A stretch of DNA of 56,122 bases from Pseudomonadota bacterium (GCA_039198765.1 JBCCTF010000001.1:1-56122), one strand, 5' to 3'; positions 30,743-42,043 are shown, numbered from the stretch's first letter. Notes: generated by a model not told the origin, from the letters alone. Program-made: numbers and translations.

Positions 30743-32089
30743 GTGAGCACGACCGATCCCAATCCGCCGAAAAAGCGCGTCCACGTGAAAACGTGGGGCT
30801 GTCAGATGAACGTCTACGACAGCGAGCGCATGACGGGCCTGCTGAAACCCCTCGGTTTTGAAACCACCGAGGCGCCGGACGATGCTGACCTCGTCATCCT
30901 GAACACCTGCCACATTCGTGAGAAGGCGGCGGAGAAAGTCTATTCGGAGCTGGGCCGCCTGAAGGGTGTCAAAGAGCGCGGCGGTACGATTGCCGTGGCC
31001 GGATGCGTGGCGCGGGCCGAGGGCGAGGAGATGCGCAACCGCGCCCCCGTCATCGACTTCATGATCGGCCCGCAGAGCTATCACAAACTGCCCGAGATCA
31101 TCGCCAAGACCGCGCGTGAGACCGGCAACCGTCTCTACACAGACTTTGACGTCGACGAGAAGTTCGATGTGCTGGCCGAGGGGCGGAAGGCCGAAGGCTA
31201 TTCCGCTTTTGTGACAGTGCAGGAGGGTTGCGATAAGTTCTGTACCTTCTGCGTTGTTCCGTACACCCGCGGTGCTGAAGTGAGCCGGAACACGGATCAA
31301 ATCACCGCTGAGGTGCGCAGCCTCGTCGCGCAAGGCGTGCGCGAGGTGACCCTGCTCGGCCAGAACGTGAATGCCTGGCACGGCGCACCGCCTGCTGGCA
31401 CTTCCGGCGAAGCATGGGGCCTGGGCGAGCTGTGCCGTCACCTAGCGAAGATTGATGGCCTCGATCGTATCCGCTTCACAACCTCGCACCCTAAGGACAT
31501 GGACGACGGCCTGATCGCAGCGTTCGGTGAAGAGCCGAAGCTGATGCCGTATCTGCACCTGCCTGTGCAGGCCGGAAACGACCGTGTGCTGAAGGCGATG
31601 AATAGGGCGCACACAGCGGAAACCTATCTCCGCCAGATCGAAGCCGTTCGCGCAGTGCGACCGGACATCGCGATTTCTGGCGACATGATCGTCGGCTTCC
31701 CTGGCGAGGACGACGCCGCGTTCGAGGACACCATGGCCCTCGTCCGCGAGGTGAACTACGCGAGCTGCTTCAGCTTCAAATATTCCCGCCGCCCCGGCAC
31801 CCCTGGCGCAACGATGGCAAAACAAGTCCCTGAGGACGTGAAGAACGAGCGTTTGCAACGCCTGCAAGCGCTGCTGAACGAACAGCGTCGTGCGTTCGAT
31901 ACTACGCAAGTAGGCCGTACACTGCCGGTTCTTCTGGAAAAGGCAGGTCGGATGGAAGGGCAGCTGGTGGGCAAGTCCCCTTACCTGCAGTCCGTACACG
32001 TCCTTGCTGATGAAAAGCTCCTTGGACAGATTATCCCGATCAAGATTGAAGAGGCAGGCCCGAACAGTCTTCGCGGCACGCTCGCGTAA
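30743..32089 (+). CDS. miaB: tRNA-2-methylthio-N6-dimethylallyladenosine synthase
   Basis: [20 protein letters not shown], radical [15 protein letters not shown] domain. Confidence 0.97.
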   Translation: MSTTDPNPPKKRVHVKTWGCQMNVYDSERMTGLLKPLGFETTEAPDDADLVILNTCHIREKAAEKVYSELGRLKGVKERGGTIAVAGCVARAEGEEMRNRAPVIDFMIGPQSYHKLPEIIAKTARETGNRLYTDFDVDEKFDVLAEGRKAEGYSAFVTVQEGCDKFCTFCVVPYTRGAEVSRNTDQITAEVRSLVAQGVREVTLLGQNVNAWHGAPPAGTSGEAWGLGELCRHLAKIDGLDRIRFTTSHPKDMDDGLIAAFGEEPKLMPYLHLPVQAGNDRVLKAMNRAHTAETYLRQIEAVRAVRPDIAISGDMIVGFPGEDDAAFEDTMALVREVNYASCFSFKYSRRPGTPGATMAKQVPEDVKNERLQRLQALLNEQRRAFDTTQVGRTLPVLLEKAGRMEGQLVGKSPYLQSVHVLADEKLLGQIIPIKIEEAGPNSLRGTLA

Positions 32090-32098
32090 GGAACCCCT

Positions 32099-33064
32099 TT
32101 GACCGAAACAGACACCCTCGTCTTCGAAGACCTCGCCCTCATGCGAGACCTGTGTGGGCCGACCGATGCGCATTTGGCGCTGATAGAGAACGCTCTTGGC
32201 ATTCGGCTTGATCCGCGTGGGAACGAAATCGGCGTCACTGGCGGCGAACACGCACGGACCCAAGCCAAAGCGGTGCTGGAGCAGCTCTACATTCGCCTCG
32301 AGAATGGACACTCCCTCACGATCGCTGATGTGGAGGGCCTCTTGCGGATTGAGCGGGCGCCGACGCCTGCCCGTGCGAAACGAGAGGTGAAAGGTCAGTC
32401 GCTCATCCTCCCCAAACGGACGATTGCGCCCCGCTCCCCCGCGCAAGGGCAGTTCATGGGGCAGCTCGCCACGGAAGAATTGGTCTTCGGTGTCGGCCCC
32501 GCAGGCACAGGTAAGACCTACCTCGCCGTCGCCAACGCAGCGTCCATGCTGGCGTCTGGCCAGGTGGACCGGGTAATCCTCTCGCGGCCTGCGGTAGAGG
32601 CAGGCGAGCGGATCGGCTTCCTGCCGGGCGACGAAAAGGAGAAGATGGATCCCTATCTCCGTCCTCTCTATGATGCGCTCTATGATGTTCTGCATACCGA
32701 TTACGTTGATCGAAAGATTGCAGCCAAAGAGATCGAAATCGCGCCCCTAGCGTTCATGCGTGGACGGACGTTGAGCCGGGCCGCGGTCATCCTCGACGAA
32801 GCGCAGAACGCGACGATCGCGCAAATGAAGATGTTCCTTACCCGCCTTGGCGAGAATTCCCGCATGGTGGTGACAGGCGACCCCTCACAGACCGATCTAC
32901 CCGACCCGCGGCAGTCCGGTCTTGCCGATGCCCTCAGCCTGCTGACATCTATTGATGGCGTGGCCGTGACCCGGTTCACGGGCGACGATGTTGTGCGTCA
33001 CAGGCTGGTCGGCGAGATCGTCCGCGCCTATGATGCCCGCGACGCTGTGCGCCCCCAGGGCTAA
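32099..33064 (+). CDS. phoH: PhoH-like ATPase (YbeZ)
   Basis: GPAGTGKT, RPAVEAGE, APLAFMRGRTL, LDEAQN. Confidence 0.95.
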   Translation: MTETDTLVFEDLALMRDLCGPTDAHLALIENALGIRLDPRGNEIGVTGGEHARTQAKAVLEQLYIRLENGHSLTIADVEGLLRIERAPTPARAKREVKGQSLILPKRTIAPRSPAQGQFMGQLATEELVFGVGPAGTGKTYLAVANAASMLASGQVDRVILSRPAVEAGERIGFLPGDEKEKMDPYLRPLYDALYDVLHTDYVDRKIAAKEIEIAPLAFMRGRTLSRAAVILDEAQNATIAQMKMFLTRLGENSRMVVTGDPSQTDLPDPRQSGLADALSLLTSIDGVAVTRFTGDDVVRHRLVGEIVRAYDARDAVRPQG

Positions 33065-33073
33065 GGAGTATTC

Positions 33074-34030
33074 ATGACAGACCAAACCCCGCTGAACGTT
33101 CCGTGGGACCGTAAGCCCGATCCATCAGAAGTGATGGGCGACATTGATCTCAGCGGAAAGCGCGCCATCGTGACCGGCGGCTACTCCGGCATCGGTCTCG
33201 AGGCCGTCCGTGCCCTGACCGAACGCGGCGCATCAGTTGTCGTTCCCGTCCGGAGCCAAGAGAAGGCGAAGGAGGCGCTGGCGGGCATCCCCAACACCAC
33301 GACCGCATCCCTCGACCTTGCAGATCTAAGCAGTGTGCGGAGCTTCGCCAAAACGGTGGCCGACGACGGCCAGCCGGTCGATCTTTTGATCAACAACGCA
33401 GGCGTTATGGCCAGCCCGCTTTCCCGCATTGGAAGCGGTTGGGAAAGTCAGTTCGCGATCAACCATATCGGTCACTTCGTCCTGACCCAGGACTTGCTCC
33501 CTGCGCTGATGAAAGCCTCCGCTCCGCGTGTTGTGGCGCTGTCGTCCCTCGCTCACCGCATCTCATCGATCATTTGGGATGACCCGAGCTTCGACAATAT
33601 CGACTACCAAAAGTGGGTCGCCTACGGACAATCTAAAACGGCCAATGCCTTGTTTGCCCGCGCACTGAACAAACAGCACGAAGGGCTTGAAGCCTTCTCC
33701 GTCCACCCCGGCGGCATCATGACCGACCTTCAACGGCACCTGACGATGGAGGAGCAGATCCAAGCAGGCTGGCTCGACGAAGACGGCAACATCCCCGACG
33801 GCGCGAAAGCCTTCTTCAAAACCCCGCCGCAAGGCACGGCCACCACGCTGTGGGCGGCAACCTCGCCGATGGTTGAGGGCAAAGGCGGTGTCTACTGCGA
33901 AGACTGCAACATCGCGGCGCTGGTTCCCGACGATGACAAAGGCTACTTCGGCGTTCGCTCATGGGCCGCGTCGGATGAGAACGCCGACCGCCTGTGGACC
34001 ATGACCGAAGCCCTGCTCGCCGAGGCCTAA
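33074..34030 (+). CDS. Short-chain dehydrogenase/reductase (retinol-DH-like)
   Basis: TGGYSGIG, NNAGVM, YGQSK, VHPGGI. Confidence 0.92.
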   Translation: MTDQTPLNVPWDRKPDPSEVMGDIDLSGKRAIVTGGYSGIGLEAVRALTERGASVVVPVRSQEKAKEALAGIPNTTTASLDLADLSSVRSFAKTVADDGQPVDLLINNAGVMASPLSRIGSGWESQFAINHIGHFVLTQDLLPALMKASAPRVVALSSLAHRISSIIWDDPSFDNIDYQKWVAYGQSKTANALFARALNKQHEGLEAFSVHPGGIMTDLQRHLTMEEQIQAGWLDEDGNIPDGAKAFFKTPPQGTATTLWAATSPMVEGKGGVYCEDCNIAALVPDDDKGYFGVRSWAASDENADRLWTMTEALLAEA

Positions 34031-34036
34031 ACCCGC

Positions 34037-34510
34037 TTGTCCATCGCCTGCATCATCGAAGAAAACGCCTGGTCAGCCCTCGAACCCGAGGCGCTGGCCG
34101 AGCGCTGTCTGGAGGCGACAGCTGAGGTTATGGAAGCGCCCGACTTGGCGCGGGAAACCACGGCGCTCTTCACCGACGATGCATCCGTCCAGGCCCTGAA
34201 TGCTGAATGGCGCGGAAAAGACAAGCCAACCAATGTCTTATCCTTCCCTGCCGAGCCCATTCCCGGCCTGCCGGCTGAAATCCAGCCCCTAGGCGATCTC
34301 GCCTTGGCCTATGGCACCTGCGCCCGGGAAGCTGATGAAAAAAACATCACCATGAAGGACCATGCGGCGCACCTTCTTGTTCATGGCCTTTTGCATCTTC
34401 TCGGCTATGATCACATCGCGGATGACGAGGCCGAGGCCATGGAAAGCCTTGAACGCCAAGTGCTTTCGCGGATGGGAATTGCCGATCCTTACGGTGATCA
34501 CCCGGTCTAA
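34037..34510 (+). CDS. ybeY: rRNA maturation RNase YbeY
   Basis: RGKDKPTNVLSFP, HGLLHLLGYDH. Confidence 0.95.
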   Translation: MSIACIIEENAWSALEPEALAERCLEATAEVMEAPDLARETTALFTDDASVQALNAEWRGKDKPTNVLSFPAEPIPGLPAEIQPLGDLALAYGTCAREADEKNITMKDHAAHLLVHGLLHLLGYDHIADDEAEAMESLERQVLSRMGIADPYGDHPV

Positions 34511-34513
34511 AAG

Positions 34514-35485
34514 ATGGAGATGACCATGCCCGACGGCTCTGAGCCGTCCCAGTTCGCCGCGGTGGCGGCGCCGAAGACAGACGCCCTGGCGGACACGTCC
34601 GCCCCCCTCACATCACCTGAAAATGCCAGCCGCCCTACCGGCCGGTTCAGCCTAGGGCGCCTGTTCGGCCGCCGGGCACCGGCGGATAGCGAAGTCGTGG
34701 CCGTAAGCGATGGGAACGGGCTTGAGCGCGCATTGTCCACGGACGAACGCGCGATGATGGCGCGGATCGTGGCGCTGGAAACGATGCGCGTCGGCGATGT
34801 GGCGATCCCGCGGGCCGATATCATCGCCGTCGACATGGAGACGCCGCTCAACGAGCTGCTGACCTGTTTCGCTGAGGCCGGTCACTCGCGCCTGCCAGTC
34901 TACAAGGGCGACCTCGACGACCCGCAGGGCTTTGTGCACATCAAGGATGTGGTCGAAGTCATCGCCAAGGGTGGGCACAGTGACGATGACCAGCCGATTG
35001 CGGGTCTCGTCCGTAAACTGATTTATGTTCCGCCATCGATGCCTGCGGCCGAGCTGCTTCTGCGCATGCAGGCGCAGCGTATTCACATGGGCTTAGTTAT
35101 TGACGAATTCGGCGGCACGGACGGCTTGGTCACGATTGAAGATTTGATCGAAGAGATCGTCGGCGACATCCGCGATGAGCATGATGAGACTGATCAGAAG
35201 CGCCTCAAACAGACCGTAGGCGGACGATGGGACGCCGATGCGCGAATTGAGCTGCAAGACCTTGCCGAAGTCCTCGGGCGTGATCTTCGTCTTGAGGATG
35301 AAGAGGCTGATACCCTGGGCGGGCTGATCTTCAGCCTTGCCGGACGCGTGCCGTTGCGCGGCGAAGTGATCCCTCACCCCCATGGGCATGAGTTTGAGAT
35401 CGCAGAAGCTGACCCACGTCTTGTTCGCCGTGCACTGATCAAACTGGCCGAGACTCCCACCGAAGAAACCTCCGGCGCGAAGTGA
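34514..35485 (+). CDS. corC: HlyC/CorC family CBS-domain protein
   Basis: HSRLPVY, DEFGGTDGLVTIEDLIEEIVGDIRDEHD, C-terminal transporter-associated domain. Confidence 0.88.
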   Translation: MEMTMPDGSEPSQFAAVAAPKTDALADTSAPLTSPENASRPTGRFSLGRLFGRRAPADSEVVAVSDGNGLERALSTDERAMMARIVALETMRVGDVAIPRADIIAVDMETPLNELLTCFAEAGHSRLPVYKGDLDDPQGFVHIKDVVEVIAKGGHSDDDQPIAGLVRKLIYVPPSMPAAELLLRMQAQRIHMGLVIDEFGGTDGLVTIEDLIEEIVGDIRDEHDETDQKRLKQTVGGRWDADARIELQDLAEVLGRDLRLEDEEADTLGGLIFSLAGRVPLRGEVIPHPHGHEFEIAEADPRLVRRALIKLAETPTEETSGAK

Positions 35486-37104
35486 CGGGCACACTCTCGA
35501 CGTGGCGCGAGCGGATGCTGAAACTCGCCGATTATGTTGGCTGGCGACGCTATGTGATTGCGCTGACTTTCGGCATCGTCACAGCGATGGCGTTCGCACC
35601 GCTTCGTTGGCCAATCGCGCTTGCCGTTGGCCTCTCTGGACTGGCCCTTCTGCTTGAAGGGGTCGGGCGCCGGGAGAAGCCGCGCAGGGTAGCGTTCTTC
35701 ACGGGCACAGCCTTCGGCGCCGGCTACTTTGCCTACGGCATGTTGTGGCTTGCCAACGCATTCATGGTGCAGGCGGATCAGTTTGCGTGGATGATACCCA
35801 TTGTTCTTCCTGGGTTTTTCGCGTTTTTGGGCCTTTTTTACGGACTGGCCAGCTGGGTCTACATTAGCCTACGCGAGAAATACTCCATCCGTGGGCTGAG
35901 CACACTTCTTCTCTTCGCGATCACCCTCAGCGTGGCGGAGTGGTTACGTGGCCACATCCTCTCCGGACTGCCTTGGAACCTGCACGCCCAAGCGCTTGCG
36001 GGAACGACTATTGGACTCCAGCCGCTCACTGTTCTCGGCCCCTACGGCTACGGTTTCCTCCTGACACTGATCGCTCTGACGCCAGCCATGGCGTTTCTGC
36101 ACGCACAGCAAGCACGCAAGGTTGGCCTCTTCACTCTTGCAAGCGTGGCCACCATCGTTGCGTTCAGCGCAGTCCGGTTGTCGCTTCATCCAGAGGAGCG
36201 GCGCACCGATGCGCAGATCGCGATCCTGCAGCCGAGCGTTTCTCAACGGGACAAACTCGATCCATCAAAGCGCGGCGAGAACCTTCGTCAGATCTTGGAG
36301 ATGAGCACGCGCGCAGCGAACAAACTCGCTAGCGAAGATCTCAATGCGTCGATCTACATCATCTGGCCAGAAAACGCGTCACCGTTCCTCAACCAGATTC
36401 CTGACCTCAGTGATTATCTGAGCGATGAGCTTCCCGCGAAGAGCTGGCTCATTTCCGGCTCCCTTCGCTCTGTCCCCGAAGGCTACGCCAACACACTCTT
36501 CGTCTACGGACCATCAGAGAGCGGAGCAAACGAGGCCGCCGTCTACGACAAGCACCGCCTCGTCCCCTTCGGCGAGACCCTCCCCTTCTACCAAGCCTTC
36601 GAAGCCCTTGGCATCGAAAGCCTGAGCCCCACGGGCGGGCGCGGCTTCATCCCCGGCACAGGTCCCAAGACCCTGGGCCTGGGACCGGCCCCATTCAGCC
36701 CACTGATCTGCTACGAAGATGTGTTCCCCGGCACGCTCTATCGCCGCGGCGATCGCCCCGATTGGCTCACTGTGGTCACCAATGACGCGTGGTTCGGCGA
36801 CCGCGCAGGACCGATGCAGCACCTCGACATCGCCCGCATGCGCGCCGTGGAGAATGGCCTGCCGCTGGTCCGCTCCGCCAACACCGGCATCTCAGCTCTC
36901 ATCGATGCTGAAGGCCGCGTCCTCTACGATCTGCCGCTCTATCAGCCCGGCGTGATCACCGCCGCGTTGCCCGCCCCACGCCCACGCACAGCATATACTG
37001 TAACGGGAGACTTGACGTTTGCTGCAATGTTAAGTTTCTTTGGCTTGCTGGTGGTACGCAACGCGCTACAAGCCATGCGGGAAAAGGGCAACTTCACCGC
37101 GTAG
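35482..37104 (+). CDS. lnt: Apolipoprotein N-acyltransferase
   Basis: WPEN, YDKHRLVPFGE, ICYE, TNDAWFG, RSANTGIS. Confidence 0.96.
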   Translation: MTGTLSTWRERMLKLADYVGWRRYVIALTFGIVTAMAFAPLRWPIALAVGLSGLALLLEGVGRREKPRRVAFFTGTAFGAGYFAYGMLWLANAFMVQADQFAWMIPIVLPGFFAFLGLFYGLASWVYISLREKYSIRGLSTLLLFAITLSVAEWLRGHILSGLPWNLHAQALAGTTIGLQPLTVLGPYGYGFLLTLIALTPAMAFLHAQQARKVGLFTLASVATIVAFSAVRLSLHPEERRTDAQIAILQPSVSQRDKLDPSKRGENLRQILEMSTRAANKLASEDLNASIYIIWPENASPFLNQIPDLSDYLSDELPAKSWLISGSLRSVPEGYANTLFVYGPSESGANEAAVYDKHRLVPFGETLPFYQAFEALGIESLSPTGGRGFIPGTGPKTLGLGPAPFSPLICYEDVFPGTLYRRGDRPDWLTVVTNDAWFGDRAGPMQHLDIARMRAVENGLPLVRSANTGISALIDAEGRVLYDLPLYQPGVITAALPAPRPRTAYTVTGDLTFAAMLSFFGLLVVRNALQAMREKGNFTA

Positions 37105-37129
37105 TGGTGATCGAGGACACGTACAATTC

Positions 37130-37585
37130 ATGTCTCAAACTGAGAACAAGAGAGCACCGCACCCGATTGACATCCATGTCGGGAGCCGGGTTCGCCTGCG
37201 TCGAATGATGCAGGGCATTAGCCAAGATAAGCTGGGTGAGGAGCTGGGCCTTACCTTTCAACAGGTGCAGAAATACGAGAAGGGCGTGAACCGGATTGGC
37301 GCGAGCCGCCTCTACGAGATCGCGCGCATTCTGACCGTCCCTGTGCAGTTCTTCTACGACGACTATGGCGATGGGCCAGAAACGCTGATCGGGTTCGCAG
37401 AAACCCAGCGGGCTCTCGGCGGAGCTGAGAAAGACGAGAAAGCGGATTTTCTGGCGACGCTGTCGACACCGGAGGGCATGCAGCTCTGTCGTGCGTTCGC
37501 AAAGATCAAGGATTATCAGGTCCGCCGCCGGGTTTTGGACTTGGTCAAAACCCTCGGTGACGAGGCCGAAACCGCGTCGAACTGA
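37130..37585 (+). CDS. XRE-family HTH transcriptional regulator
   Basis: PIDIHVGSRVRLRR, GLTFQQVQKYEKGVNRIGASRL; conserved between lnt and metK in alphaproteobacteria. Confidence 0.92.
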   Translation: MSQTENKRAPHPIDIHVGSRVRLRRMMQGISQDKLGEELGLTFQQVQKYEKGVNRIGASRLYEIARILTVPVQFFYDDYGDGPETLIGFAETQRALGGAEKDEKADFLATLSTPEGMQLCRAFAKIKDYQVRRRVLDLVKTLGDEAETASN

Positions 37586-37675
37586 CGGGCCTGCGCGCCG
37601 ATCACAAAGCGAGACATGCGCTTCTAAAGAGCCTAGGGGGCAGACAAACCCCGACGTTTTTTGGGAGGTCCCGTC

Positions 37676-40600
37676 ATGATCGAAACGCGCGCAGAACGTC
37701 TCGGCTTTGTTCAGCCTTTCGCCGAAGCGGACGAGGTCGTCGTCCCCCGCCTGATGCTCGCCGCAGAAAGCGCCGATGCCGTGCAGGACAGCACGACACG
37801 GCTGGCCTCACAGATGATCGAAGGCATCCGCCACCGCACACGCGGCGGCGCGAACCTTGACGCTTTCCTCCGCGAGTACGGCCTGTCCACGAAAGAGGGC
37901 CTCGCTCTCATGGTCATGGCTGAGGCATTGCTCCGTGTACCCGACTCCAAGACGCAAGACCGGCTGATCGAAGACAAGATCGCGGCGGGCGATTGGGACA
38001 GTTCGGAGAAAAAATCCGACTCGATGTTCGTGGCCGCTGCCGCATGGGGGCTCGGCCTCACGAACAAGGTGATCCGCCCGGGTGAGACGCCGCAGAACAC
38101 CGTCCAAAACCTGGTCAAACGCCTCGGCATGCCCACGGTGCGGATGGGTGTACGCCAGTCGATGGGCTATCTCGGCCACCAATTCGTCCTTGGGCAGACG
38201 ATTGAAGAAGCGCTGAAGCGTGCTCGCGGGCCAGAGAAACGCGGCTATCGCACCTCCTACGACATGCTGGGCGAAGGTGCACGGACGATCGCTGACGCTG
38301 ACCGCTATTTGACGTCTTACCACGAGGCGATCGCGGCGATTGCGAAGGCAGCACAGCCTGGTGATGCGCCCGCGCAGCGCGGCATTTCCGTGAAGCTATC
38401 GGCCCTCAACCCCAACTACCACCCTCGGCATTGGGAAGAAGCGGTCGCCGACCTCGCGCCAAAGCTTCTCGAGCTCGCTCGTGAGGCGAAGGCCGCGGAT
38501 CTCAACCTCACGGTCGATGCGGAAGAAGCCGATCGCCTTGAGATGTCTCTCGATATCATCAAAAGGGTGTACACGGACTCTTCGCTGAGAGACTGGGGCG
38601 GCTTTGGCCTGGCGATGCAGGCCTACCAAAAACGCGCCATGGGCGTGTGTACCTGGGCCGCTGATCTGGCAGAGAGCGTCAATGGCCGCATGATGGTTCG
38701 CCTGGTGAAGGGCGCGTACTGGGACACGGAGATTAAGCTGGCGCAGCAAGCGGGCCTGTCCGACTTTCCCGTCTTTACACGGAAGGCTGCGACGGACCTC
38801 TCCTACATCGCCTGTGCCGCGAAGCTGCTCGAGGTGGCGCCGCGCCTCTATCCGCAGTTCGCCACGCACAACGCCTTGACGGCGGCGACCATCATCGAGA
38901 TGGCCCACTCCGCAGGCTCGCCCAAGGACTTCGAATTCCAGCGCCTCCACGGCATGGGCGAGAGCCTGTTCGAGCAGATCACGGACGAAGGCATCCGCAC
39001 CGATCGCGGGGTCGAGAAGTATCCCTGCCGCATCTACGCTCCGGTCGGCGGGCACCGCGACCTGCTCGCCTACCTGGTCCGGCGCTTGCTGGAGAATGGT
39101 GCGAACAGCTCGTTCGTCGCGCAAGTGCACGACGAAGAAGTGGCGGATGAGAAGCTCCTGGAACAACCCCGCGCAAGGCTCAACCGCCTAGGCGGCTACC
39201 GCCACAGCTCGATCCCACGACCCCTAGATATCTATGGTACACGGAGGAATTCAGCAGGTATCGCTTTTGGCGACAGCGCCGCCCTCGCCGCACTGACCCA
39301 AGGCATGGAACAAGCTAGTGTTGGCACACCGTCCATCAGCTCACTGATCGATGGGGCTGAAGCTCAAGGCCCAGAAACGCGCGAGCTGAAAAGCCCCGTA
39401 GACGGATCAACAGTGACCAATCTCTCAGAAGCGGATGCCTCCATCGCCGAACGCACGGTGAGCAGCGCCGCCGCTGGCTTCCAGGCTTGGAACGAAACGC
39501 CCGTCGAAGCCCGCGCCCTCGCCCTCGAACGGGCTGGGGACCTCCTCGAAGTGAACCGTGACCGGCTGATGGCCATCCTCGCGAGAGAGGCGGGCAAGAA
39601 TCTCGAAGACGGAATCGCGGAGATCCGCGAGGCGGTTGATTTCTGCCGCTTCTACGCTGCCGAAGCGCGCCGCCTCTTCGTCCCGCACGCGCTTCCCGGC
39701 CCGGTCGGTGAGGACAACCAACTGCGCCTTGAAGGCCGCGGCGTCTTCGCCGCCATCGCGCCGTGGAACTTCCCCCTCGCCATCTTCCTTGGTCAGGTCA
39801 CGGCCGCACTCGCAGCCGGCAACAGCGTGGTCGCGAAGCCTGCCGAGCAGACCCCACTGATCGCCTTCGAGGCCGTGAAAATCCTTCACGAAGCAGGTGT
39901 CCCTCCGCAGGCGGTGCAATTGCTCCTCGGCGGTGGACGAGTTGGTGAGGCGATGCTGAACCACCCAGCAATTGCAGGTGTGGTCTTCACCGGCTCCACT
40001 GCCACGGCCAAGCGCATCCAACGTCAGCTTGCGGAGAAACCGGGCGCCATCGTCCCCCTCATCGCAGAAACTGGCGGCGTGAACGCCATGATCGTCGATG
40101 CCACGGCCCTGCCAGAGCAAGTCACTGACGACGTCATCGCCTCCGCGTTCCAGTCGGCGGGCCAACGCTGCTCAGCCCTCCGCGTCCTCTACCTACAAGA
40201 GGATGTGGCCGACAGCATGCTGAAGATGATTGAGGGCCGTGCACGGACAATGAAGCTGGGTGACCCAGCTGATCCGACTACGGATATTGGACCGATCATC
40301 GACGAGGTCGCACGCACGCGGCTCCGCACCTATGCCGCCAGCCGTCCAGGCCTCCGCTGGTCAGGCGAAGCGCCAGAGGAAGGCACCTTCCTCGCGCCGC
40401 ATATCTTTGAGCTTGAGAAGGACGAGGTCCTCAAAGACGAACACTTCGGTCCCATCCTGCACGTGAAGCGCTACGCCGTGGGCGACATTCCCAAGGTCCT
40501 GGAAGAGATCAAATCCACCGGATACGGACTAACCTTCGGGCTACATACGCGGATCACAGCGACCGCGAAAGAGATCGCTGAGATCGCCCCGGCGGGGAAC

Positions 40601-40795
40601 GTCTACGTCAACCGCAACCAGATCGGCGCGATTGTCGGCAGCCAGCCGTTCGGCGGCATGGGCCTATCTGGCACCGGCCCGAAAGCGGGCGGTCCCCACT
40701 ATCTCCTCCGCTTTGCCGAGGAGCGGGTCATCTCGATCAATACCGCGGCGGCGGGCGGCAACGCCTCGCTCATCGCCATGCAGGACGCTGAATAG
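37676..40795 (+). CDS. putA: Bifunctional proline dehydrogenase/P5C dehydrogenase
   Basis: SYDMLGEGA, VRLVKGAYWD, FATHN, YLVRRLLENGAN, PWNFPLAIF, ETGG, SAGQRCS; GGGAGG SD. Confidence 0.97.
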   Translation: MIETRAERLGFVQPFAEADEVVVPRLMLAAESADAVQDSTTRLASQMIEGIRHRTRGGANLDAFLREYGLSTKEGLALMVMAEALLRVPDSKTQDRLIEDKIAAGDWDSSEKKSDSMFVAAAAWGLGLTNKVIRPGETPQNTVQNLVKRLGMPTVRMGVRQSMGYLGHQFVLGQTIEEALKRARGPEKRGYRTSYDMLGEGARTIADADRYLTSYHEAIAAIAKAAQPGDAPAQRGISVKLSALNPNYHPRHWEEAVADLAPKLLELAREAKAADLNLTVDAEEADRLEMSLDIIKRVYTDSSLRDWGGFGLAMQAYQKRAMGVCTWAADLAESVNGRMMVRLVKGAYWDTEIKLAQQAGLSDFPVFTRKAATDLSYIACAAKLLEVAPRLYPQFATHNALTAATIIEMAHSAGSPKDFEFQRLHGMGESLFEQITDEGIRTDRGVEKYPCRIYAPVGGHRDLLAYLVRRLLENGANSSFVAQVHDEEVADEKLLEQPRARLNRLGGYRHSSIPRPLDIYGTRRNSAGIAFGDSAALAALTQGMEQASVGTPSISSLIDGAEAQGPETRELKSPVDGSTVTNLSEADASIAERTVSSAAAGFQAWNETPVEARALALERAGDLLEVNRDRLMAILAREAGKNLEDGIAEIREAVDFCRFYAAEARRLFVPHALPGPVGEDNQLRLEGRGVFAAIAPWNFPLAIFLGQVTAALAAGNSVVAKPAEQTPLIAFEAVKILHEAGVPPQAVQLLLGGGRVGEAMLNHPAIAGVVFTGSTATAKRIQRQLAEKPGAIVPLIAETGGVNAMIVDATALPEQVTDDVIASAFQSAGQRCSALRVLYLQEDVADSMLKMIEGRARTMKLGDPADPTTDIGPIIDEVARTRLRTYAASRPGLRWSGEAPEEGTFLAPHIFELEKDEVLKDEHFGPILHVKRYAVGDIPKVLEEIKSTGYGLTFGLHTRITATAKEIAEIAPAGNVYVNRNQIGAIVGSQPFGGMGLSGTGPKAGGPHYLLRFAEERVISINTAAAGGNASLIAMQDAE

Positions 40796-40836
40796 GGCGA
40801 GGGGAATTAACCCCTTGCCCCCACGCCGCCGTCGCG

Positions 40837-40856
40837 ACATAAGGATTTCCTTATAT
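40837..40856. promoter_or_regulatory. Palindromic operator (SahR-like) in the metK promoter
   Basis: acATAAGGA-TT-TCCTTATat perfect inverted repeat, about 17 nt after TTGCCC (-35-like, 40815-40820). Confidence 0.65.
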
Positions 40857-40876
40857 AGTTGATGAAAGGCGCTTCC

Positions 40877-42043
40877 GTGGCTCGCCAGAACTATCATTTC
40901 ACCTCCGAAAGTGTTTCCGAAGGCCATCCAGACAAGGTGGCGGACCGAATTTCCGACGCCATCGTCGACCTGCACATCGCGCGGGAGCCTGAGGCGCGCG
41001 TCGCGGTTGAGACCTTGACGACCACCAACCGCGTCGTCCTCGCCGGTGAGACGCGTACGGAAGAACCCATTCACGCGGAAGAACTGATCGAGACCGCGCG
41101 CGGCGCGATTAAGGCCATCGGTTACGAGCAAGAGGGCTTCCACTGGCGCAACGCCGACATCGCTTGCCACGTGCACGGACAATCGAACGAGATTGCCATG
41201 GGTGTCGACGAAGGCGATGACAAAGACGAAGGCGCCGGCGACCAAGGCATCATGTTCGGCTTCGCCACCGATGAGACCGAGCACCTGATGCCCGCGCCGA
41301 TCGCCTATGCCCACGGCATCGTCGAAGCGCTGGCTAAAGCGCGCCATGCCGGTGAGCGGACGGAACTGCTGCCTGACGCAAAAAGCCAGGTCACGGTGAA
41401 GTACGAGAATGGCCGTCCTGTCGGCACATCGTCCGTGGTCGTCTCAACCCAGCACACTGCTGGCCTTAGCCAAGCGGACGTCAAAGAGATCGTTCGTCCG
41501 TATGTGGAGCAAATTCTCCCCGAAGGATGGATGCCGCCGGAAGAAGAATTCTACGTCAACCCAACGGGCCAGTTCGTCATCGGCGGTCCAGACGGTGACG
41601 CGGGCCTGACGGGCCGCAAAATCATCGTCGATACCTATGGCGGCGCTGCGCCCCACGGCGGCGGCGCTTTCTCCGGCAAAGACCCTACGAAAGTGGACCG
41701 TTCCGCAGCTTACGCCTGCCGTTACCTAGCGAAGAACGTCGTCGCTGCGGGCCTTGCACGCAAATGCTTGATCCAGGTGAGCTACGCCATCGGCATCGCC
41801 AAACCATTGTCCGTGTACGTTGATGCATTCGGCACAGGCGAAGTCTCCGATGAAGCGCTCGAGCGCGCGCTGCAGACCGTCATGGAACTCAGTCCCAAGG
41901 GTATCCGCACGCGCCTTGGCCTCAACAAGCCGATCTATGAGCGGACCGCTGCCTACGGTCACTTCGGCCATGCGCCGGATGCAGACGGCGGGTTCTCATG
42001 GGAGCGAACGGACCTCGTGGACGCCCTGCGCGCCGAAGTCTGA
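40877..42043 (+). CDS. metK: S-adenosylmethionine synthetase
   Basis: [49 protein letters not shown]. Confidence 0.98.
   Translation: MARQNYHFTSESVSEGHPDKVADRISDAIVDLHIAREPEARVAVETLTTTNRVVLAGETRTEEPIHAEELIETARGAIKAIGYEQEGFHWRNADIACHVHGQSNEIAMGVDEGDDKDEGAGDQGIMFGFATDETEHLMPAPIAYAHGIVEALAKARHAGERTELLPDAKSQVTVKYENGRPVGTSSVVVSTQHTAGLSQADVKEIVRPYVEQILPEGWMPPEEEFYVNPTGQFVIGGPDGDAGLTGRKIIVDTYGGAAPHGGGAFSGKDPTKVDRSAAYACRYLAKNVVAAGLARKCLIQVSYAIGIAKPLSVYVDAFGTGEVSDEALERALQTVMELSPKGIRTRLGLNKPIYERTAAYGHFGHAPDADGGFSWERTDLVDALRAEV

Noticed and set aside
31442-32695. 417-aa antisense ORF across miaB/phoH
   Set aside because: Shadow ORF with no recognisable domain
40796-40876. SAM riboswitch before metK
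   Set aside because: The leader is too short once the promoter is placed and no SAM-II or SAM-SAH consensus is visible; the palindrome is better explained as a DNA operator
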